A DNA stretch of 64,000 bases from Candidatus Levyibacteriota bacterium. Lineage in GTDB: Bacteria; Patescibacteriota; Microgenomatia; Levybacterales; UBA12049. Under the pieces are notes generated by a model that saw only the letters and a program-made list of their open reading frames with translations, was not told where the DNA came from and made no database searches. This document shows, piece after piece, positions 27,894-37,212 of the stretch (position 1 is its first letter; each line of letters opens with the position of its first letter). A program made the translations under genes and the position numbers. The DNA lies in contig JACOXT010000003.1 of NCBI GenBank assembly GCA_016182235.1, positions 386,209 through 450,208 of the forward strand, given 5' to 3'.

Positions 27894-28897
27894 GTTTTTA
27901 TAAAAATAAAAAGGTATTAGTTACTGGCGGGACAGGATTAATTGGTAGACCATTAGTTGAGATGCTTGCCAAAAAAGGCGCGAAGGTAACAGCAGCTTCT
28001 TTAGATGATCCGAAAGGAATGTCTAAGGAAGTTAAATTTACTAAAGCAGATTTACGAGAATTTGGTAATTGCATGGATGTTTGTAAGAATAAAGAAATAG
28101 TTTTTCATCTGGCAGGGATTAAAGGGTCTCCGGCGTTGAATCAAAAACAACCAGCAAGTTTTTTTGTTCCAACAATTACTTTTAATTCTAATATGATGGA
28201 AGCAGCCCGCCGCCAGGGAGTTTCTAGATTCTTATACACTTCTACAGTTGGAGTGTACGCTCCGGCAGAAGTTTTCTACGAAGATGATGTTTGGAAAACT
28301 TTCCCATCTGCTAACGATCGATTTGCGGGATGGGCAAAAAGAATGGGCGAACTACAGGCAGAGGCTTATAAAATTGAGTACGGATGGGATATGATCTCAA
28401 TAGTTAGACCAGCAAATACTTATGGTCCATATGACAACTTTGATCCAAAAACTGCTATGGTTATTCCGTCACTTATAAATAGAGCGTTGTCAGGAGAAAA
28501 CCCTCTAACTGTTTGGGGAGATGGTTCGCCAATTAGGGACTTTATTTACTCCAGAGATGTGGCAGAAGGTATGATGTTGGCAGTAGAAAAGGGAATAAAT
28601 ACCCCCATCAATTTGGGAAGTGGAGTTGGAGTAACAATTAAAAAACTGGTTGAGACAATTGTTAAAAATGTTCCTAGTGGATCAATTAAAATTCGTTGGG
28701 ATAAAACGAAACCAAAAGGAGACGCGAAACGCATCATGGATATAAGAAGAGCCAAAAAATTATTAGGCTTTAAACAAAAATACTCACTAGAAGAGGGAAT
28801 TAAAGAGACAATCGAGTGGTACATAAACAATAAAGATAATTTAGATAAAAGATATAATGTGTTTTATGAAAATAAAAATAGAAGATCAAAAAATTAA
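27890..28897 (+). CDS. Extended SDR, Fcl-like NDP-sugar epimerase/reductase
   Basis: VTGGTGLIGRPL, TSTVGVYAP, FAGWAKRMGE, VRPANTYGPYDNFDP and VWGDGSPIRDFIYSRD. Paralogue of 33507-34493. ATGA overlap. Confidence 0.75.
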   Translation: MSFYKNKKVLVTGGTGLIGRPLVEMLAKKGAKVTAASLDDPKGMSKEVKFTKADLREFGNCMDVCKNKEIVFHLAGIKGSPALNQKQPASFFVPTITFNSNMMEAARRQGVSRFLYTSTVGVYAPAEVFYEDDVWKTFPSANDRFAGWAKRMGELQAEAYKIEYGWDMISIVRPANTYGPYDNFDPKTAMVIPSLINRALSGENPLTVWGDGSPIRDFIYSRDVAEGMMLAVEKGINTPINLGSGVGVTIKKLVETIVKNVPSGSIKIRWDKTKPKGDAKRIMDIRRAKKLLGFKQKYSLEEGIKETIEWYINNKDNLDKRYNVFYENKNRRSKN

Positions 28898-28927
28898 AGA
28901 ATCAATTGAAAAAGCTACTTAAAGATA

Positions 28928-28950
28928 GGTAATATAGGTTCTAGATTACC
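28928..28950. terminator. Weak hairpin between convergent operons (possible bidirectional terminator)
   Basis: GGTAAT-a-TAG-gtt-CTA-g-ATTACC: 9 bp with one mismatch and a 3-nt loop. The flanks are A/T-rich but there is no clean U-tract. Confidence 0.25.
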
Positions 28951-28975
28951 AACCACATAATAAAGACTTATCTTT

Positions 28976-29692
28976 TCATAATTTGAATTTTGCAAAAAAT
29001 TGTTGAGCGCGAGCATAGCTCTCAGGTGTTCCTATATCTATGAAATTATTATTACTTCTGAATCCATAAAATCCTTTACCTATCCAATTGGGAAATACGT
29101 CTTTCTCTAACGAGATTTCCTTGCCCACAGGAATTTCTGAAATGAAAGTTTTATTAATAAAATAAATTCCAGCATTTACGAATCCTCCTCCACTTCCAGC
29201 TTTTTTTTCTTGAAATCCAATAATACTATCATCAATTCCTAGCTTTACTTTCCCGAAACGGCTGGTATCAGAAACCGGTGAAAGAACTAAACTAACTTTG
29301 GAGTTTTTACTTAAATGGAACTGCCAAAATTTTTTAAAATCCGCCTCACAAAAAGAATCCCCATTCATAACTAACACAGTTTCTGAATTTAAGAGCGGTA
29401 AAGCATTCTTAAGGCTCCCCGCTGTGCCTAAAGGTATTTGTTCTGGTGAATATATAAGATGGAGATTTTTATATTTTCCTCCAAATGCTTTCTCAACTTG
29501 ATTGCTTAAGTATCCTGTACAGAGAATAACTTTTTTAAAATTAGCATTATTTAATTGGCTCAATAAATATTCTAAAAAGGGATGTCCTCTGACTTCTGCT
29601 AAGACTTTCGGTTTTCCTCTTACTCTTGGCTGAAGCCTAGTTCCAAAGCCCCCTGCTAAAATTACTACATCAATTTTTGAAAGATTAGACAT
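28976..29692 (-). CDS. Sugar-1-phosphate nucleotidyltransferase (HddC-like heptose-1-phosphate guanylyltransferase)
   Basis: VILAGGFGTRLQPRVRGKPKVLAEV, LVMNGDSF, NAGIYFI and FIDIGTPESY. Confidence 0.8.
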   Translation of the reverse strand: MSNLSKIDVVILAGGFGTRLQPRVRGKPKVLAEVRGHPFLEYLLSQLNNANFKKVILCTGYLSNQVEKAFGGKYKNLHLIYSPEQIPLGTAGSLKNALPLLNSETVLVMNGDSFCEADFKKFWQFHLSKNSKVSLVLSPVSDTSRFGKVKLGIDDSIIGFQEKKAGSGGGFVNAGIYFINKTFISEIPVGKEISLEKDVFPNWIGKGFYGFRSNNNFIDIGTPESYARAQQFFAKFKL

Positions 29693-30668
29693 TTCTTGAT
29701 GATTTATACCAATCTACTGTTTTTTTGATACCCATTTCTAGAGAAACTTTAGGCGTAAAGTTCAAAACCTTTTTCGCTTTGTTAATGTTAATTAGTCTGA
29801 TGGGGATCATGGTAGGCTTTGAGCTATTAAAAACAATCTTTGGAGCCTTAAAATTGTCAGCTTTTAACATAGCTTTCAGAGCCTGTCTTATTGATACCGG
29901 TTTTCCTCCGCCAATGTTGATTGGATCAAAGGTATTTATTTTTTCCATTGCCAATAATAATCCATCAACTAAATCTTCTACATAAATAAAGTCTTTAATA
30001 TCACGACCACCCCCCCAAACCTCTAAAGGATTTTGTCGCTCTACAACTTTTCTAATTAGCGCAGGAAGGACGTGTGAAGCCTCCCATTCAAAGTCATCAT
30101 AAGGACCATAAATATTTCCTGGCCTTACCACAACACAAGACATAGGATTTTTAATCGAAGTCACATACATCTCGCATAATTTTTCTGTAAATAACTTCAT
30201 CCATCCCACAGGAAAATATTTTTCATAAAAATCGTAATTAACATCGCTTTCCTTAACAGCATAATCTGTTAAAGGATAAACGGTATTACTGGAGATAAAT
30301 AGAAATTTTTTAACTTCTGCTTTATGAGATGCCTCAAGCATTAGAGTATTCATTATTACATTTGGTGTTACGTGGGAGAGGGGAGTTTTTTCAATTACAC
30401 CAGCGCCAGATGTGTTGGCAGCACACATAAATACATAGTCAATCCCTTGAACAACTTTTTTGCAATCAGATGGTTTTGTTAAATCAGATTTTATAAATTC
30501 AACTTTTGCATTTTTAATTTGAGGGGTTTTTTTGTGGATTGTCGCTCGAACGCTCGCTCTTTTCTCAAGCAGTTTTAAAATTAAATTTGTACCTACAAAA
30601 CCGGCACCTCCTGTTACCAGTACTTTTTTATTTTTAAAAAATTGATTACTTTTTTCTTCCCGTTTCAT
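29685..30668 (-). CDS. Extended SDR, NDP-sugar epimerase/reductase (Fcl-like)
   Basis: VTGGAGFVGTNL, ISSNTVYP, VRPGNIYGPYDDFE and VWGGGRDIKDFIYVED. Confidence 0.75.
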   Translation of the reverse strand: MKREEKSNQFFKNKKVLVTGGAGFVGTNLILKLLEKRASVRATIHKKTPQIKNAKVEFIKSDLTKPSDCKKVVQGIDYVFMCAANTSGAGVIEKTPLSHVTPNVIMNTLMLEASHKAEVKKFLFISSNTVYPLTDYAVKESDVNYDFYEKYFPVGWMKLFTEKLCEMYVTSIKNPMSCVVVRPGNIYGPYDDFEWEASHVLPALIRKVVERQNPLEVWGGGRDIKDFIYVEDLVDGLLLAMEKINTFDPINIGGGKPVSIRQALKAMLKADNFKAPKIVFNSSKPTMIPIRLININKAKKVLNFTPKVSLEMGIKKTVDWYKSSRNV

Positions 30669-31200
30669 CTCTTAAAGATATTATTGGATTTTTTATCGGC
30701 CACCAAATATTAAACTTTGGATCATTCCATTTTATTGTAAATTGACTTTTTGGATCGTAGTATGTAGATTGTTTGTAATGGTATATGTCATATTCAGATA
30801 ACACTAGATGTCCATTGCCATAGAGCGGTGGAATCAAAATTTGAAGTCTACTTTTGTCAGATAGTGTAAATGCTTCCCACTTACCATAATCTTTAGATTT
30901 AAGATTGTAGTTTAATATGACGATATAAAATCTTCCCAATAAGCATTGAACCAGTTTCCATGTTTTGGTATCTCCATGTATTCCCTTTAATATCCCACGA
31001 CTCCCTGTTGAAATATCGTCCTCAACAAAATGCAATCTTAAAGCTTCCTTTTGATAAATAGTCCCTTTTAGATTCTTGGCAATTTCGTGAGAGTAATTTT
31101 TTTCATTAAATGTTTCAACATATTCTCCGCGAAAATCTTCAAAAGGTTCGGGTTTAATAAGTAAAACTCCTTCTAGTTTTGTTTTAGATATTTTAAGCAT
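30646..31200 (-). CDS. RmlC-like cupin, NDP-4-keto-6-deoxy-sugar 3,5-epimerase family
   Basis: LEGVLLIKPEPFEDFRGEYVETFN, SRGILKGIHG and KQSTYYDP. Confidence 0.8.
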   Translation of the reverse strand: MLKISKTKLEGVLLIKPEPFEDFRGEYVETFNEKNYSHEIAKNLKGTIYQKEALRLHFVEDDISTGSRGILKGIHGDTKTWKLVQCLLGRFYIVILNYNLKSKDYGKWEAFTLSDKSRLQILIPPLYGNGHLVLSEYDIYHYKQSTYYDPKSQFTIKWNDPKFNIWWPIKNPIISLRDETGRKK

Positions 31201-31211
31201 TTTTTAAAGAC

Positions 31212-31985
31212 TTATTCAACTACAAAATAGGATGTACGAGAAGTAAATTTATGTCTCTTGAGTCTTATATTATTTAATCCGAAGACTTCATCCAAAGCTA
31301 TAGTCTCTCCCGGAGAATCAGGATCATTTAGTTCATCAAAACTCAAAATACTCCCCTTTACTAAGTATGGCTTAATTGCCTGCAGACATTTTTTCGTAGG
31401 TTTATAAAGATCAAAATCAAAAAAAGCCAAAGCCACAATTGTTTCAGGATGTTTTTTGAAATATTTAATAATTTCTGAATTAGCATCACCTTTTATTAGT
31501 TCAAATTTTTTGATATGGGAGAGGGGATTTTCTTGCTCATGGTATTCCATAATTTTTGTTAAGTATTCGAGGTAATCCTTGGTTAAAGTTAAATTGCCCT
31601 TTAGCATTATCTCTGAATCTCCATCTTTTGGACTAATTTCCGGAAAGCCAGTAAATGTATCAAATCCCACAATTTTTCTGTGTCTATTAAACGGATCGTA
31701 AATCCCTCGAAGGGATGAGAAAAGCGCAATGTTTTGTCCCCACCTAGTACCAAACTCAAGGACAATTCCTGGGATGTCCACAATCTGTTTAAAAATGTGG
31801 TCCATAAAAAGTATACGTGATAAGTTTTTAGAATTTAAAAAAAGACCTAAATTAGACATTATTTGATCATCGGGAATAGGGCAATTTTTAAAAAGCTCAA
31901 CAAGCGTTTGTCTGATTTTTGCTTCATGACCACTGCTATATGCTTTAATCTTAATTAAATCTTTTTTTGCCATTTTATTCCTCAA
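31212..31985 (-). CDS. TylF/MycF-like class I SAM-dependent (O-)methyltransferase
   Basis: The pattern LEFGTRWGQN...VGFDTFTGFPE...ALAFFDFDLYKPTKKCLQAIKPYLVKGSILSFDE matches the TylF layout (ETGVWRG...DSF.GLP...LDGDLYEST...L..GG..i.DD). Confidence 0.55.
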   Translation of the reverse strand: MRNKMAKKDLIKIKAYSSGHEAKIRQTLVELFKNCPIPDDQIMSNLGLFLNSKNLSRILFMDHIFKQIVDIPGIVLEFGTRWGQNIALFSSLRGIYDPFNRHRKIVGFDTFTGFPEISPKDGDSEIMLKGNLTLTKDYLEYLTKIMEYHEQENPLSHIKKFELIKGDANSEIIKYFKKHPETIVALAFFDFDLYKPTKKCLQAIKPYLVKGSILSFDELNDPDSPGETIALDEVFGLNNIRLKRHKFTSRTSYFVVE

Positions 31986-33096
31986 TTATCGAAGGAACAG
32001 GTTTTTTGCCATTGAAAGCTATAACCCATGCCCAATACCGTATTCTACCACCTAATAATTCATATTCAAAGTTATTCTCTTTTTTTTGTATTGCTCTTAC
32101 CCTAACCGGTTTTAAAAAATCTCCTTTATGTATATCCTCCGAAAGCATTTTTGGACTCGGAAAGAAATCTAACTTATTTTCTAAAGCTTCCTCAACTGTT
32201 TTATATGCAGCATGGTTATCAATAGTTGTAACCTTAATTTTTGCGGTATCTATATAAATTAGTTTTGTAGCAAATGTTTTTACAAGAAGGTGAACGTCTT
32301 TTTTTTCCATGACAAACTCAGTAGATTTTGCATTTTCCTCTAGGTGGGTTATGTTTGTTGTTGCAGGAATTGCTACAACTGAGGGATGAAATATTAAAAA
32401 GTTTAAAATTATTTGGGAAACAGTCTTATTATATTTTTTAGACAGATTTGAAAATATCTTTGAATTCTTTTGTGCTTTTAAAATATTACCTGAATTTAGG
32501 GGGGTATAAGCAATATTTGTAATTTTATTTCTTTCGCAATATGGAAGTAGATCGGTCTCTGCCGATCGCTCGAGTAAATTATATTCTGTTTGCAAAGAGA
32601 CAATAGGTAGCTTAGATACTTTTTGGATATTTTTTAGAAGGCTCAGAGAAAAATTGCACACGCCAATATATTTGACCTTTCCTGATTTTACTAATGTTTC
32701 TAACGCCTTAAGCGTTTCCTCAAAAGGAATAACCGGATTTGGCCAGTGGATCTGATAGAGATCAATATAATCTGTTTGCAATCTTTTTAAACTGCCTTCG
32801 CAAGCTTTTAAAACTTCTTTGTAGCTTGAATGTTCTGGTAAAAACTTAGTGGCGATAAAAACATTATTTCTATTGTTTTTAAACGCTTTTCCAACTAGTT
32901 CTTCCGCATGTCCTTGAAAATATACTTCTGCAGTGTCAATAAAATTGACTCCTAAGCCTAATGCTTTTTGTAATACATAAATTAGCTGACTATCTCTTTT
33001 TCTGTCTATTTCTTTAAAACCAGTTCCAGTCCCAAGTCCTATTGAAGAAATTATTGTTTTGGTATTTCCAAGATTTTTAAATTTTAGATCATTCAA
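31975..33096 (-). CDS. Aldo/keto reductase fused to a C-terminal ParB/sulfiredoxin-like domain
   Basis: AKR region: GLGTG...NFIDTAEVY, YIDLYQIHWP, YIGVCNFS and LQTEYNLLER. The last ~95 aa (LIYIDTAKIKV...FLKPVRVRAI...EYELLGGRIRYWAWVIAFNGKKPVPSII) follow the ParB-N pattern (I.V...l.PI.V...Y.ii.G.RR..A....G...vP.iv). Confidence 0.6.
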   Translation of the reverse strand: MNDLKFKNLGNTKTIISSIGLGTGTGFKEIDRKRDSQLIYVLQKALGLGVNFIDTAEVYFQGHAEELVGKAFKNNRNNVFIATKFLPEHSSYKEVLKACEGSLKRLQTDYIDLYQIHWPNPVIPFEETLKALETLVKSGKVKYIGVCNFSLSLLKNIQKVSKLPIVSLQTEYNLLERSAETDLLPYCERNKITNIAYTPLNSGNILKAQKNSKIFSNLSKKYNKTVSQIILNFLIFHPSVVAIPATTNITHLEENAKSTEFVMEKKDVHLLVKTFATKLIYIDTAKIKVTTIDNHAAYKTVEEALENKLDFFPSPKMLSEDIHKGDFLKPVRVRAIQKKENNFEYELLGGRIRYWAWVIAFNGKKPVPSIIEE

Positions 33097-33526
33097 CGCT
33101 TATATCCCATCCTTCCAAGCCATCTGTTTCAACATTTGTTCTCTTTTTGCTTGGATCTTTATCTCCAATCTCTTCTAAAATCTTATTTTTCATGGAATTG
33201 CGTATTCCATTAAGTTGGTGGGCGTGTTTTAAAAGTTTTAAATAATTTTCCCCATCCTCTTTTTGCATTCTGTCTTTATTCTCCCAGATGTAAATGTTAA
33301 GTTGAGCTATAATTATAATTATCCTGATAAGCTTAGAATTTATTTTAACTTTCTTTTCATCAATAATAAGATCAATATCGTGACATATCTTTTTTAACTC
33401 TTTGGCATACGATATTTTTTTGTCATGAAATTTTATTTCCTTGATCTGGTTAATTGTTAGACTATCAATTAAATCAGCAAGTGTAGGCAGATATTCACGT
33501 TGTTTATTAGTTTCTGTTTTTTTCAT
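33089..33526 (-). CDS. Small helical hypothetical protein (possibly DUF4254-like)
   Basis: 145 aa, soluble and helix-rich (LADLIDSLTINQIK...AQLNIYIWENKDRMQ). It overlaps both neighbours inside the sugar operon. Confidence 0.3.
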   Translation of the reverse strand: MKKTETNKQREYLPTLADLIDSLTINQIKEIKFHDKKISYAKELKKICHDIDLIIDEKKVKINSKLIRIIIIIAQLNIYIWENKDRMQKEDGENYLKLLKHAHQLNGIRNSMKNKILEEIGDKDPSKKRTNVETDGLEGWDISVE

Positions 33527-34493
33527 ACCAGTCTGATTTTAGATACCATTCTACGGTTTTGTTAATGCCATCCGAAAGAGAGGTCTTTGCCTTAAAGCCA
33601 AGTAAGTTTTCTGCTCTTTTCATAGATAGTATTCTAACAGGATCACCAGATGGTTTGTTTATGTCCCACTCAAGTTTTGGTTTAGTAGGTACAGTATTAG
33701 CAATAATTTGGGCAGTCTTTTTTATTGTTACTCCAATGCCTGCTCCTAGATTGATAGGTACACATGGTGGAGCCAACTCCTGGGCCAGAAGCATTCCCGA
33801 GACAACATCCGTAACAAAGATGAAATCCCTTATAGCACTACCATCCCCCCAAATCCTTATAGGATTTTCACCACTTACCATCCGAGCAATTAGAGCTGGA
33901 ATCACTTGGGCAGTCTTGGGATTAAAATTATCATACGGTCCATACACGTTTGAGGGGCGGACTATTTTGGGAGCTTGCCAATTATACTCAAGTAGATAAC
34001 TTTCTGCCTGTACCTCGCCAATCCTTTTTGCAAGTCCCGGAATTCTGTCATTTTGTTTTGGTTGCCCATCCCAAACACTGTTTTCAGTTTTAGGTTTATT
34101 AGACTCCGGATATGCACAGATGCTACTGACAAAAAGAAAACCCTTTATATTATTTTTAAATGCGGAATCCATTAAATTAGTCTGAAAGCGAAGCATTGGT
34201 ACTAAAAAACTGGCAGTTTTTGTCAGGCCAATACCAACCGATCCTTTAATCCCAACAAGATTAAAAACTAACTCTTGATCTTTGGTTACCTTCAAACAAT
34301 TATCAAAATCTGTCAGATCTGTTTGGATAAATTTAACTTTTTTACTAAATAGCTTATTTGCATATTTCCTTGACTCCAAAGACGCAATGGTGACATTGGA
34401 ACCTAATTCCAAAAGTTTATTTACCAAACAAACTCCTATCATTCCAGTACCTCCTGCAACCAAAACTTTTTTTCTTTTATAAAATTTTTTCAT
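33507..34493 (-). CDS. Extended SDR, Fcl-like NDP-sugar epimerase/reductase
   Basis: VAGGTGMIGVCL, VSSICAYP, IPGLAKRIGE, VRPSNVYGPYDNFNP and IWGDGSAIRDFIFVTD. Confidence 0.75.
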   Translation of the reverse strand: MKKFYKRKKVLVAGGTGMIGVCLVNKLLELGSNVTIASLESRKYANKLFSKKVKFIQTDLTDFDNCLKVTKDQELVFNLVGIKGSVGIGLTKTASFLVPMLRFQTNLMDSAFKNNIKGFLFVSSICAYPESNKPKTENSVWDGQPKQNDRIPGLAKRIGEVQAESYLLEYNWQAPKIVRPSNVYGPYDNFNPKTAQVIPALIARMVSGENPIRIWGDGSAIRDFIFVTDVVSGMLLAQELAPPCVPINLGAGIGVTIKKTAQIIANTVPTKPKLEWDINKPSGDPVRILSMKRAENLLGFKAKTSLSDGINKTVEWYLKSDWYEKNRN

Positions 34494-35432
34494 TTAAAGA
34501 GGTTTCCAAACTAAATAAGTATAACCATCGTGATAGAAAGAACCAAAAGTTCTTCTTATATCGATAATTTTAATTTTCTTTTTCGCCTCAAGTTTTTTTA
34601 AATATGACAAGAATCCTCTTAGGTAATTTCTTTGTTCCGAATATTTCATGGCCAAATAATCTAATAAATTTTCCTGGTCATAAATTTCATAAAGTGTTTC
34701 TACATTTATACAAATCATGGGTTTATTTTTTAGAAGGTAGTTTATAAAGGGCTCAAAATTTTTTCCTAATTGTTCAAGAGTGCCGATGGTTAGAACTCCT
34801 GAGTCTTTATCAAGGTGGTATTCTTCATCTGGCTTAAAAAGGTTAAATCTTTTTGCAGAAATATTGATATTAAGCTTTTCCCTTAATACATTAATGATAT
34901 CCGCAGTTGATTCTGCCCAATCCAATCCAATCAGTTTCATTTTAGGAAAAATTTCTGACGCCGCCACCAAATTTAACCCAGTTCCTGCGCCAAACTCATA
35001 AAGCGTATTTGCTTTCTTGTAGTATTTAGTAAAAAGATAATATCTCATTACAGTTACAAAATCATTTTCAAAAGAGTCATTTTCAGGCTTGATAAAATCA
35101 CTTTGAAATCTAATATATTCACCTTTCTTTACAAACTTGGGGATAAGCTGACTTAAATTATACCTACTTCGTCTAAATTCCGCTAAATTTTCTTTCCAAC
35201 CATTTTCCCAGTCAGCAAGTCTATGAGGACCTGCAATTTTTAAGTTCTTTGAATCTAGGGTTTTAATTATCTTTAAAATTGCCTCATTATATTCTTTGCC
35301 TTCGACGATTTGATATTTAAAATTTGCTTTTTTTATTGCCTGTTTTGCAAGCAAAGGCAAATTATCTTCTTTTGCATTAAAAATTTTAGCAAATAATTTA
35401 GAGCTTAAATTATGTATATTATTTTTCTTCAT
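34494..35432 (-). CDS. Class I SAM-dependent methyltransferase
   Basis: YEFGAGTGLNLVAA motif I, LIGLDWAES and VLTIGTLEQL. Confidence 0.7.
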   Translation of the reverse strand: MKKNNIHNLSSKLFAKIFNAKEDNLPLLAKQAIKKANFKYQIVEGKEYNEAILKIIKTLDSKNLKIAGPHRLADWENGWKENLAEFRRSRYNLSQLIPKFVKKGEYIRFQSDFIKPENDSFENDFVTVMRYYLFTKYYKKANTLYEFGAGTGLNLVAASEIFPKMKLIGLDWAESTADIINVLREKLNINISAKRFNLFKPDEEYHLDKDSGVLTIGTLEQLGKNFEPFINYLLKNKPMICINVETLYEIYDQENLLDYLAMKYSEQRNYLRGFLSYLKKLEAKKKIKIIDIRRTFGSFYHDGYTYLVWKPL

Positions 35433-36394
35433 CTGCTTCTTAAAAATTTGTCAATTTTTCTAATTACTTGATCTGACGCTATGCCAATTTGTTTATGCAT
35501 ATAATCTCTATCTCCGTAAATAAAGCAGTGTCCGTCTGGCAGTCCGATCCTTAGGAAATCAGTCTTAATAGAGTGATCTGCTAAAAAGTCTGACACTATT
35601 GTTCCTAGGCCTCCATACGAAAGATGTTCTTCGAGCGTAAATACAACCTCAAATGGTTCTATAAGTTTTTTTAAAATTTTTTCGTTTAGGGGTTTAAGTT
35701 GATAAATATCGATTACCGCAATATCTAAATCACTTTTTTCTTTTAAATTTTTTGCGATGTCAATAGCTTTATGAGTTATTGTACCTGTTGTGATAAAACA
35801 GAACTTTTTACCAGGCTTGAGCATTGCTAGACCATCAGGAATACTATCTATTCTTGATGAGTAGAGGTCTGGAAAATTACCTTTTTCAAAACGAATATAA
35901 GTCAACTGAGGTTTAGAATAAGTAAGGTGAGGAAATACTGCAAGATTGAAAAAATCTGTAGCATTTAAGATTCTCATATGGGGTATTGCCCTCATAATCG
36001 CAATATCTTGATTGCTATGATGAGTTGGTCCATCTGCTCCATAAGTAAAACCTGGCCCAACTCCTGCTATGGTTACAGGAAGATTCATAACGCTTAAGTC
36101 GACTTTAATTTGTTCATAGCAACGGAGTGTTATAAAGGTAGAGATTGCATGCACAAAAACTTTTTTTCCTGAAAGTGCCAATCCTCCCGCGACACTTATC
36201 ATGTTTTGCTCTGCAACGCCGGCATTAAATATCTGTTTGGGTAAACTTGAGTAAAATTTTTGAAAAGTTTGGGCTCCTTGATCAGCATGAAGAAGAATTA
36301 CATCGTGATCATGTAAGGCTATTTGGAAAAGCTCTTCAAAAAAGGCATCTCTCATGTCTGTATAGGCAGTTGTGGATTTTAAAAATTTTTTCAT
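35429..36394 (-). CDS. Transketolase, C-terminal (pyrimidine-binding + C-terminal domain) subunit
   Basis: MRDAFFEEL, GVAEQNMISVAGGLALSGKKVF and GADGPTHHSNQDIAIMRAIP. ATG 36394 lies in a TGATG overlap with the N-terminal subunit's stop; the track start at 36460 adds a 22-aa extension overlapping the upstream gene. Confidence 0.85.
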   Translation of the reverse strand: MKKFLKSTTAYTDMRDAFFEELFQIALHDHDVILLHADQGAQTFQKFYSSLPKQIFNAGVAEQNMISVAGGLALSGKKVFVHAISTFITLRCYEQIKVDLSVMNLPVTIAGVGPGFTYGADGPTHHSNQDIAIMRAIPHMRILNATDFFNLAVFPHLTYSKPQLTYIRFEKGNFPDLYSSRIDSIPDGLAMLKPGKKFCFITTGTITHKAIDIAKNLKEKSDLDIAVIDIYQLKPLNEKILKKLIEPFEVVFTLEEHLSYGGLGTIVSDFLADHSIKTDFLRIGLPDGHCFIYGDRDYMHKQIGIASDQVIRKIDKFLRSR

Positions 36395-37212
36395 CAAGTT
36401 AACCCTAAGTCCTTTTTGGCTAATTGTATTTGTTCTCCTTTGGGGACTCCATGGTGCCAATGATAATCATTTTCCATAAAAGAAATCCCTTTGCCTTTTA
36501 CAGTATTAGCAACAATAATAGAGGGTCTGGAATTTTTCATTTGTTTAAGTTTCTTAAATGCACTTATTATTTGTTTGAAATTATGTCCATCTATTTGAAT
36601 TGTGTTCCAGCCAAATGATTTCCATTTCATATGCATGGAGGAATTACCTGTAAAATCCTTTGTAAAGGAAGTCGCGGCGACTTTATTATTGTCAACAATA
36701 GCTATTAAATTAGATAGTTTTTGTTGTGCAGCAAAGGATGCTGCCTCCCAAACAGATCCCTCACTGCATTCGCCGTCTCCCAATATTACTAAAGTCAAGA
36801 AGTTTTTTTCATCTAACTTTGCAGACAAAGCAAGTCCACAACCAAGTCCAAGTCCATGTCCTAAAGAACCAGAAGAGACCTCAACACCTGGGATAAAATG
36901 ATCAGGATGACCACCTAAAATAGTTCCATTTTGTCCATATTTATCTAACTCTGTCTTAGGAAAGTAACCTTTGTCGGCCAGTACGCAATAAAGTGCCAGG
37001 CATGCATGGCCTTTACTGAAGATAATTCTGTCTCTTTCTGGATCTTTCTTTTTTTTATGAGACAGATTAAATATTCCGGAGTAATAGATAGCAACCAGTA
37101 TATCTGTTATCGAGAGCGCACCGCCTAAGTGACCTTTCTTAGCCTTAATTTGCATTTGAAAGGATTTTTTCCTTACCCATTTAGCTTTTTGCTTTAATGA
37201 ATTAATATCCAT
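36394..37212 (-). CDS. Transketolase, N-terminal (ThDP/PP-binding) subunit
   Basis: GHLGGALSITDIL, GHPD, GSLGHGLGLGCGLA, and the ThDP motif ILGDGECSEGSVWEAASFAAQQKLSNLIAIVDNN. Confidence 0.85.
   Translation of the reverse strand: MDINSLKQKAKWVRKKSFQMQIKAKKGHLGGALSITDILVAIYYSGIFNLSHKKKKDPERDRIIFSKGHACLALYCVLADKGYFPKTELDKYGQNGTILGGHPDHFIPGVEVSSGSLGHGLGLGCGLALSAKLDEKNFLTLVILGDGECSEGSVWEAASFAAQQKLSNLIAIVDNNKVAATSFTKDFTGNSSMHMKWKSFGWNTIQIDGHNFKQIISAFKKLKQMKNSRPSIIVANTVKGKGISFMENDYHWHHGVPKGEQIQLAKKDLGLT

Noticed and set aside
30010-30016. C7 (G7 on the coding strand) homopolymer inside the SDR gene, considered as a phase-variation slippage tract like those in Campylobacter capsule loci.
   Set aside because: It simply encodes the conserved VWGGGRD motif. 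Several G6/C6 runs occur elsewhere (10995, 21300, 26000, 33846, 44168, 58735), and 7 nt is below the length usually associated with high-frequency slippage.
36395-36460. 22-codon N-terminal extension of the transketolase C-terminal subunit in the ORF track.
   Set aside because: The extension overlaps the upstream subunit's coding end and has no homology-like content. ATG 36394 gives the canonical MKKF...MRDAFF start in a TGATG overlap.
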